The notes under the pieces were generated by a model. The model did no database searches, was not told the origin of the DNA, and saw only the letters and a program-made list of their open reading frames with translations. The position numbers and the translations under genes were made by a program. Below, one piece after another: positions 54,456 to 64,000 of a stretch of DNA of 64,000 bases; positions within the stretch are counted from its first letter, which is position 1, and every line of letters begins with the position of its first letter. This DNA comes from Lingula anatina (Eukaryota > Animalia > Brachiopoda), in assembly GCA_051362555.1 (NCBI GenBank), contig CM120640.1, forward strand, positions 21,390,001 to 21,454,000. The letters are read 5' to 3'.

Positions 54456-55002
54456 TTACTTCTCCTTCTTAGCATCACCTGCACTCAAGACACAACCTTC
54501 ATAATTTTCTCCGATTGGGAAAATTCTCTTCTCCACCCAGTCTGGTGTCGAGACAGGGTTACTCCAGGCGTACAGCGGGTTGTGCAGAATCACGTAGACC
54601 AGACAATGTGTTATAAACAGGGATATGATCACTTCCACTGTGGTGAGGTACTGGCCCAGTAAGTAGCAGTTGATGGTGTGGACAAGCACGTCAAAGGTGG
54701 TCCCAAACACTTCCAACAATTCCCAGCGCTTTTTGTGATGACTTCGTTGCCAATCAAGAGAGCTCCAGCTTATCACCTAATATGATAACATAGATTTGGT
54801 CAAAATTACATAATTATAATATGCATTGGTCAAAACTAAACATATCAACTTTACCCAATCACTACCTGTAAATACTGCAGTATAGTCAAGGCAAATATTA
54901 TGACAAAAGACTAAAACTTCATTTCCTCATAACATTTTCCATATTTGGGAAATAGAAATTTGAATTGTGAGTTACCACTTGGTGTGAATATTATTAATAT
55001 TA

Positions 55003-55063
<61 letters not shown>

Positions 55064-55536
55064 ATTTATCTATTTATTTTTTGCCAATACATTTCATGCA
55101 AGGAACCAATAACAAATATGGAGTTTCTAAACTGAAGAAATTCATTTTAAATCCATGTCATTATTGGATAACGAAAATTCTATTGAAAGAAAAATTTCTA
55201 AAATATAAATTTCATTTCAGTGATCTTTAAAAAAATACAATAAGTAAATAAATAAATACAAAAGTACTGTACCTTCTTGCAAAGGGAAGAGGAATCCCAG
55301 GTTAGGAAGTAGTACCCATGCTGAATGTTTTGAATCACTGCCAACCACTGAAGCTTTCCAGTAAACAAGAAGTTTGTCGTAAACACTGTCATCGCATCAA
55401 CAAGGAAATAGTAGCGCTGTCGCACAAGATCTTTGCGTGGTAACAAACGCATGCGAAATAGGATTAATACATGGCCTATGAAGTGATAGGCTTCCAAGCT
55501 GAACAAAAATGCAGCTAGTAGGCTCATCAAATTCAT
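54456..55536 (-). CDS. Uncharacterised multi-pass membrane protein, ~194 aa; exons 55273-55536 and 54456-54776; probable non-coding first exon with donor at ~57449
   Basis: Phase-0 GT-AG junction joins two hydrophobic ORFs (EAYHFIGH...LPRKDLVRQRYYF...QHGYYF..W; ISWSSLDW...GTTFDVLVH). Confidence 0.8.
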
Positions 55537-57763
55537 TTTAATCTGTAAAAGAGTAAAAAGAAAAAAATTGTTTAAAAGACATTCAGAATATGATTTTTCA
55601 GTTATTTTGTTAAGGGTTGACATACTAGTACATATTGATATCAAAATGCTGGAGGATTCATTCTACATCAGGGCTCGACATTAAAGGTTGCTTGGTTCTG
55701 TTATGCAACCACTTTTTTGACCAACAGTTGTCTGACATCTGGCGCTGATGCACACGGTCAAAAATTTGTACATTTTGTCATTTAAATAATATTGAAACAA
55801 ACATGGGAGTGATGAGTAATCTAGACGACATGGAAGTACAACTTCTGCATATATGCCGAAACTAGGAACTCACTGAAGTTTATGCGATTTCGAGAGATTT
55901 GTCAATCAATCGCTTTTTCTACCAAAGCATGTGGATTTTGTGCAACCCTACTGGGTACAGGTAGCCAGCCAGCTTTGCATATCTGCACGTCCATAATACT
56001 GGATAGCAACAATGTGTTATCATATTTGAAAGTCTGTCAAAATATTGTTATGTGTTGAATTACAATGGGGGTGCTTTCAAGTGAAAGGGGACTGACTTGT
56101 CTTATTATAACAAACAATTTTGTTTCCAAACATTGTTGTGTATTTTACACTTTTCATTTCTTAGCAAAAAAAAAAAAAAAAAAAAAAAAACCCACTCAAA
56201 CATCCAAATCTGGGACAAAGACATACTGTACCAAGCTGTTTTACATTATGGAAATGAAAGCTCTCAGAATAGTATTGTCATGTCTTTTTGTCATCTCAAG
56301 GATCATTTATGACACACACACACACACACACACTAGAGACTAACTCTGTATGTTTCTATCACTGCACATCCTTCCTTAAGTAGTCATCAATATTGCAAAA
56401 TTTCATTTCAGTAGATCATCGTAAATTGTGAGATATAAGCTTCAGAAATTGGGTACTTTTGGCGGGAGTCTGGAAACTAGTTTTTCTCATACTAGTAATT
56501 AAGACAAAAAAGTAGTAAATATTACGGACAGGACGGACCAGATTATGGCTGCCTGTACAAGCAACATTACGGCAAGGACCAAAACTCTAATATAGCATAT
56601 GAGTACTGACCTAGACATTATACATGTACATGTACTAAGGGAGTGTGTCTTGATACCACATTATTTCAGGCATGTATTTTACCCTAAAATAATAATAATA
56701 ATAATAATCAAGTACTGTAACTGCATCCTTGTGTGTGATTGATGAGGTAATCAAAGTTGTACAAAAATTCAGTCTAGGTAAACAGGTCAGACAAGGCAAG
56801 GTAAAAAAATGTTCCACTGAGTCCAACAAAACAGTTGTCTAGACTGCTACCGAAATAAAAACTACACAAGTAATCAGGCATAACAGTCAGTCTGGACCAG
56901 ATGAACTGGATAAGCCTAGTTCATTGTCAAGGCAACAGACTGCCTGTTTTAATAAATTTTACCATCACAATTTAAGGTTTTATGCAAATGCCATGGCAGA
57001 ATTAGAAAGCACTATCACCTCAATATCAATATCATCAAAACGCCCTGATCTGCACCTCTTTTTTTTTGTCGTGGGAGGCGCAAAAACACTCTACCAACAC
57101 CCTATGCTCCAGATTGTGTGAAGATATACATCCTGTACCTGGGAAGTGTCACTGTCACTGACGTTATTACACTACAGTAGTGTCACTGAGACTGCCGAAT
57201 GTGACAGAAAAGCTGGCTTATTTGCTAGAAAAGTGACTGAGGCACCTGATCCCTTTTGGTAAGAATTTAACATCTCTCTTGTGTCAAAGTCAATGCACAT
57301 AGCATTGCATTGATACTCCGGAGTAGACAAATTTCACAAAATCAATTTTTTCGAGACTCGAATTTTATGCATATGCACACCATGTCTGCACTACAAACAC
57401 TGATGAGGTTTTTTATATAAACATGATACTAATATTTCTAGTAACTCACCAATTTGGATCACCTTCAGTTTAGTACGACAATGCGTCCGATCAAATCTGT
57501 AGGGTTCTACGTGACTCCTGATTGACAGCTGTATCTACGGAACTGGAGGCCTTAATTTAGTTGCAGCCTTTGTATTTTGTAAACAGGCAACGTTGTTTTC
57601 AATAAATGACCCTATAAAACACCATAAGATAGTTAAGTTTTGATCTTGATTTAAAAAAATATATTTTTAAAGACAGAAAATGTTTTTTTTTTTTTTGTTT
57701 TTATTTTTATTTATCCTGAAACCCAGATTCCTTACTTTAGTAGTTTTGGCATTGAAAAACCTC

Positions 57764-57774
57764 TGCGCATGCGC
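57764..57774. promoter_or_regulatory. NRF1/EWG-like palindromic site in the divergent promoter region
   Basis: TGCGCATGCGC lies between the head-to-head membrane-protein gene and SH3YL1. Confidence 0.55.
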
Positions 57775-58202
57775 TACACATGTACCTTTCCAAACGAAAA
57801 CATCAAAAGTCATCTACTACGTGTATAAATGTACGTGAACCTGCTCAAGATACTACATATTGTAATGACAAAATTCGAACCTACTGAACAGAAATATTAT
57901 AAACCAATCTCAGGTAATTTGAGTGGCAGAGAATATATGAATTTCCATTAAGAACTATCTTGACTTAAATAAAACAGCATTTTTTTTCCAAATTCGACTT
58001 CCTGCTATATATATATACTGTAGGGTCTACTCAGTATATGTACAGGTACATGCAGTGATACATGTGCATGTGACTGAAGGTGTATGCTGATTACCTGTGT
58101 CTGTTTGTGTCGTTGTTCAACATTTATAAACAGGATGTCAAAACATATTTTTGTCTCACTTTAAATTTACTAGGAGACTAAGTATAGACTTAAAGCCTGA
58201 CC

Positions 58203-61200
58203 ATGGTGAACACACCTATTCCACATAGTCTCAAGTCCGAAGCCAAGAAAGCAGCAAAGATCCTGAGAGAGTTCACGATACCAAATGCTAAAGTTGGCCC
58301 AGACAAGCTCATACCATGTAAGTAAAATGAATCACATGTTAACCTTTGAATGATGGTGCGATCTATATAAAAAAATTATGCAGCATGCCTCTAGAATTAA
58401 GATAAAAGATAAACACCGTTTTCTCACAACAATTATTTATTGATTTAATCAAGATGTTCAATTCAATTTGACATAAATTAACAATTTGACAATCAGATAT
58501 TACTATTGATAAAAAAATAATATTTTTAAAATTTTTAGCTGGTTTAGTACTCAATGCAGAAGGACTCGCAATATTGACTGTGTTTAAGGCTGGCTTCCTG
58601 GTCACAGCAAGGGGTGGAAGTGGAATTGTCATAGCCAAATTACCAAATGGAAGTAGGTTTTCCTAACACCATATTTGTATAATTTTTCAAGAACACCATA
58701 GGTTAGACACAGACTCTGCGTTGATTAACAGCAAAACAATTGATCAGTTTGAGATATAAGCTCCTTTTATTAAATTATCCAACTCACCTAGAATATTTAT
58801 TTATGTATTTCAGAATGGTCACCACCATCAGCCATCGCCCTAGCCGGGTTAGGAGGAGGGTTTGAAATAGGAGCAGAGGTATAGTATATTTTTTTTCAAT
58901 TTTTAATTTCTTAAAAATCTATGCCAGACATCATAAGATTTAATTACAGCTGAAGTGATAACATTTTTTTAGTAAAGGGGTAAAGACTTTTTTTAATTTT
59001 ATTTATTTATTTATTTATTTATTTTATTATTATTATTATTATTATTATTTTTTTTTTTTTTTGGTAAGGAATTTAAACTATCATTAAGACTGAATGAAAT
59101 TTTCAGGTAACAGATTTTGTCATCATCCTGAACAAACGTTCGGCTGTAGATGCCTTTTCTAAAGGTGGCAACCTGACACTAGGGGGTAACTTCACAATAG
59201 CAGCTGGTCCCCTGGGACGCAACTTGGAAGGAGATGTTTCAGTCAGGAGCCCTGCTGCCATCTATACTTACTCCAAGACTAAAGGTCTCTTTGCTGGCAT
59301 CTCTGTGGAAGGTAGTGGACTGGTTGAGAGGAAAGATGCAAATAAGAAGTGAGTTCCAGACAGAAAAACAAACTAAAATATATGTATCAAGCATCATAAT
59401 TTTCAGGAAAATCTTTTACCCTCCAATATTTCATCTGTAAATTATAAAGTGGCAGACTTGGTCAGGAAAGTGAGGTGTTGGAAACTTCAGGTGTCATTCC
59501 ATTGTAGTCACCCCCTTTCCCCTTTCTCTCCCTCAAAAATGGCATTTTGAACTAAGGGAGGGTGAAATAGTTTGAGACTAACCCAGTTATGTTAGGTATT
59601 GATGTCATCAAATTCTTAATGTGAAATTGTTCTCTGTTGTTGGCCAGAGAGTTATCGTGTTTTGTTCTGTTGATATCTTTTCACTCATCACCTAATTTTC
59701 TAGTGCTGTAAAGGTAAGAATTTAAGGTAGAAAATGAACTGACAATAATTCTGAAATAACCATTTTTGATAACATAATACCCAAAGTATATTGAATAGAA
59801 TGAACATGAAATGAAATGAACATGATCTGTTTTGTAAAGAAAATTTTAAAACATCAACATGAAGAGCCCCTGTAGCTTCAGTATATCAGTTTGGCATCAT
59901 TTTGTGTTTTCTTTGTTATAAAACCAATATGTGACCTTTGATTCACCATTAATTCACCAGGTTTTACAATGAAGATATACGTGCCTTTGAAATCTTGCGA
60001 GGGGATGTTCCAAGGCCCTCAGAATGCAGTGAACTGTATGAAGTACTGGAAAAACACAAGGAAATGTTTGCCAAGGCAGCAATGAGATATGCTAAGGACT
60101 ATGCTAAAAAGGAAGCAACAAAGGCAGCTGCAGGGAAAGGAATGGCTAGTAAAATTAAGGTATAGTAGTGTGTTGGTGGAAGTAAGTGATATGAAGTATG
60201 TTTTTTTTTTTATACCCTCTTACTGGGTATATGTTCTTGGGTGCTTAGAATTGAAAGAAAAAGTAAATGGCATTTGAACTCATTCTTAATATATTGTTAT
60301 TTATAACCAGAATTGTGCTTTGTTAGTTTGGCTTTTTTAATTTAAAAAAAGAAATCATTACTACTTTGAAATTCATGTATAAATGTTACCATACATATTA
60401 CAATGCTTCAGTATCTTCATCTTTGTTCATCTTTGTCTTTGCTTGATTAGTACCTTTCACTAATGCTTAGAGTTTATCTATGTTCCAGGGCTTTAGTATC
60501 AAGAATCCTCTGTCCAAATCTCCCTCTAAGTCGAGAAAGTCCAGCTCTGCGTCTAGAAGGTCTCAGTCTCCAAGTAATTCCTATGCATCAGACAGCAGTG
60601 ATGATGACAGTTACTCAGCTACTGACAAATACGGAGGAAGTGGACGAGGATATTTTGAAGAACCAATTAATTTGCCCTCCAGTAGGCCAAGCTACAGTCC
60701 ACCCAAGAAAGGTTACAGCCCACCGTCTTATAAGAAGGAGGCGTCTAAACCCTCCTGGAGGTCACAATCAGTTAAGGTCACAAAAACGACTACCTCTAAG
60801 ACTGTGGTCACTAAACATAAAGGTATGTCAATCAGGATTTCTGGAATTTTCATTTGTTTCAAATATGTTAACACATTTTTATGTACAGACACAGATGTGT
60901 CTGTACATATTGCCATCACCTGCGTCTGTCGTCGCCGATCATGTCGCCGTCGCCGTCGCCGTGCACTTTTAGTGTTAACACCATAAGTGGAAGACAGTTT
61001 TACTTTTTGGCTTTATATTTACAGAGCTGACTAATATTCATAAAACGCAGGTCAAGTTCGAAAATCAGCATGATTGGGCCATTATTGTAGAATTTATGCT
61101 GTTTTTTTCACTTTTCAGCATATATGCAACACTGTTAACACATTTCAAGGAAAACCGATAGGCCTGTTGTCATGAAACTCACAGGAGTAATCAGTCTTAC

Positions 61201-63317
61201 TAAAACGCAGATCAAGTTCGAAAATCGGCATGATCGGGCCACTATATTAGTAGTTATGCTGTTTTTTCACTTTTCAGCATATATGCAACACTGTTAACAC
61301 ATTTCAAGGAAAACCGATAGACCTGTTGTCATGAAACTCACAGGAGTAATCAATCTTACTAAAACGCAGGTCAAGTTCGAAAATCGGCATGATCGGGCCA
61401 CTATTTTACTATTTATGCTGTTTTTTACACTTTTCAGCATATATGCAACACTGTAAACACAATATAAGAAAAACAGATGGGCCAATTGTCATGAAAGTCA
61501 CAGGAGTGGTCAATTTTACTAAAATGCAGGTTGAGTTCGTAAATCAGCATAATCATGCAATTTTTTTAGAAGGTATGCTGTTTTTTCACATTTCCTCAGA
61601 TTCAATTTTTAGGCATGTTAACAGTCTCATTATTAAACTAATAAGATACGTGAAAGTGTTTGTTTGACATTTCCTACATCTTTACAACATTGTTAGTTGA
61701 TTTTGTAAAAATGATGGTAAACATGTTATTGTGTATTGTGTAATAAAGTTTCAAAAATGGAAATAAACTCATATCATTGCAGTTTGTCAGATTCAATCAT
61801 TCACTATGTTCAGAATCTCAGAATGGAAGCAATTGGACATTTAACACTGCTCTATTGATATTTTTCTCATCTCATCAATTTTCTTAGTTGATCATATAAA
61901 AATGGCAGTAAACTGTTAATTTTGTTTTATGTTAAAAATTGTTATAAATGGGGAAAAAAACATTTAAGAACAGTGCTGTCTTGTTTACATTTTCAAGTTG
62001 TGACTTTGAAGTTCCATGGGCCTGAAGACCTTTGCTAGTCACATTTTCTGAATATCCATGATACTAATATTTTATTATTAAAAATTGATGGTCATTATGC
62101 TGTTAAACATTATGTAATATTGCATCAAAATTTGAAAAAAACCTATTTTGGGCACTGCTCCCATGATTACCTTTTAAGAAAAACCATGTCACTTACTGTT
62201 CTCAAACTTACAGGAAAGAAACATGGGACTAAAATACAGCTTCAGTAGGCAATGCAATCTGCCAGTTAAACAGTTTTTGTGAAAATTTAATTTTTCACAT
62301 ATTGGCATTTTCAAGGTGTGACTTTGAAGTTCCACAGGCTTGAAGACCCAGGCTAGTCACATTTTCTGAAAATCCATGATACATATATTTTGTTATTAAA
62401 AATTGATTGTCATTATGCAGTTAACCATTATGTAATATTGCATCAGAATAGAAGAAAACACAATTTTGGGTGCTGCTGCCATGATGACCATTATGGGAAA
62501 ACCATGTTACTTATGATTGCCAAACTTTCAAAAAAGAAATACAGGACTAAAATGCAGCCTAAGTTGGAAAAGCAGTCTAATTGACTTCTTTTTCTGGAAG
62601 TTTTACATTTTCAAAGTGTGAACTTGAACTCCCATGGGCCTGAAGCCTTATGCTTGTTTCACATTTTACTTACATTGGTATTACCTGTTGAGCATAATTA
62701 AAATTTGATGTTGAATTTGCAGTTTAACATAATGTACTTTTGCATCAGAATTGACAGAAGCCTATTTTGTTATTTCCTGCTTTTTGTCTGTACATTTGAC
62801 AGCTTTGCTGCCTTGTTCAGATTTTGTGAAGAGTAATTGCCTTGAGTTGAAGAGTCACTAGTAACTCACTTTATTCATCTGTTTGGTTTCCAGTTGTTGG
62901 GTAATAGAAGGTATATCCTGCAGTTGTTTAAACTACTCTGCATCTCAAGGAGAATTATTCACAGAAGTTCATTGTTTGACATCTGTGAAATAAAAGTCTT
63001 TTAATAAAACATATAATATTAATATTTAATATTTTTGATAGTTCTGTAGAGCCCAGACGAAAAAAAAAAAAAAACTTTCAGATTTCAGGCTCTTACAGTT
63101 TTCTCAGTACACATGGTCTGATCTTTTTTCTCAACTAACACATTTTACTGTACCATTTTATGCAAAGAGTTCTACATGCCTCCATCATCATTGTTTATGT
63201 GTATCTTTCCTAATGTTTCAGGTACTCGTGATGCTCCAGATTGGGATGCCCCACTGAAGGCTAAGGCATTATGGGCCTTTTCTGCCATCAAACCATGTGA
63301 TCTGACTTTTGCAAAAG
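58203..63317 (+). CDS. SH3YL1: SH3 domain-containing YSC84-like protein 1; exons 58203-58317, 58539-58652, 58814-58878, 59107-59348, 59961-60159, 60489-60822, 63222-63317; 3' end beyond the window
   Basis: MVNTPIPHSLKSEAKKAAKILREFT...KAGFLVTARGGSGIV...GLGGGFEIG...GGNLTLGGN...GPLGRNLEG (SYLF domain), Ser/Pro-rich linker, SH3 start AKALWAF...DLTFAKG. Confidence 0.95.
60876..62760 (+). mobile_element. Helentron/HINE-like element in an SH3YL1 intron, with ~160-bp and ~300-bp internal tandem units
   Basis: Inverted near-identical copy of 1-1290 (to ~62278), followed by two more degenerate copies of the ~300-bp unit. Confidence 0.75.
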
Positions 63318-64000
63318 GTATATTGATTATAAACATAATTATAACATCAATCACATGGAAATACGTGCACACATGCCCGCACATGCCCACATCTTTGCTG
63401 TACATACGTGCAGATGACAGTGTTAAGCCCATTTTTTATAGTTAGTTTTGTATATCCGCCTCAGGTAATTTTTTTTGGAATTTTAAAACAATTCAGTAAA
63501 GCATGAGTTGTGACATGTGAATTAGTCGAGCTGTCAGCAGGTCAAAAGAATATGTTAACATGGAACTTTGTCTATCAAATTTGACAGTCCTGGGGTGCTA
63601 GCAAGTGTTCATAAATGTTATTCCTCAGTCTGTATAACACTGCAGTGGCATATGTAATTTGAAGTAGACAACTAAGTGAAATTTATATGATGTATTTAAT
63701 AAAAATGGGAAATGGGTGAAATTTAGAACTGCCAGCGTGTTCTATTTTATGATAAAGGGATGTTTGTAATCTTTAAATGTATACATCAACATGCCAGGAA
63801 AACATTGAAGTATGAAAACTGAATGAAATAATGTAGAATAGGGGTTACCAGCATGTGCTTCTCTTTGGGGAAATTTTTTTTTTTCGCTTTCACTTAAACA
63901 TTTATTAAAAGTATGTAGCAACCTTAGCTATTTTATTGTATATTTAATTAAGCACAGTTTACTGGAAGGCAGTGCACTATTTGTGAGGCTTATATGCAGT

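Noticed and set aside
47087-55060. (GT)n and (TA)n tracts at ~47087, ~47437, ~53155 and ~55010
   Set aside because: Ordinary microsatellites.
55669-55700. CAGGGCTCGACATTAA hAT-like terminus
   Set aside because: No matching opposite TIR or TSD found.

Overview
AT-rich, intron-containing animal (invertebrate-like) genomic DNA, not prokaryotic; most ORF-track entries are exon fragments or noise. I assembled spliced models by hand from GT/GC-AG sites and exon phases. Left to right: (1) a class II aldolase/adducin-family gene (-) whose first coding exon occurs in three intact tandem copies feeding one set of downstream exons; (2) a five-exon secreted HExxH zinc metallopeptidase (-) with bacterial-looking motifs; (3) a 25-exon, ~1,840 aa EGF-Sushi-cadherin-EGF-TM-NPxY receptor (-); (4) ZMYND15 (-) head-to-head with (5) an ankyrin/SOCS-box gene (+); (6) an uncharacterised small membrane protein (-) head-to-head with (7) SH3YL1 (+, runs off the window). 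Non-coding DNA holds several structurally definable mobile elements: Helentron/HINE-like repeats, an IS3EU-like element with a 6-bp TSD, a TIR family with 8-bp TSDs carrying a RecQ-helicase relic, an RTE LINE stub with a 14-bp TSD, and Harbinger-like MITEs. Family assignments come from recalled motifs, not database searches.
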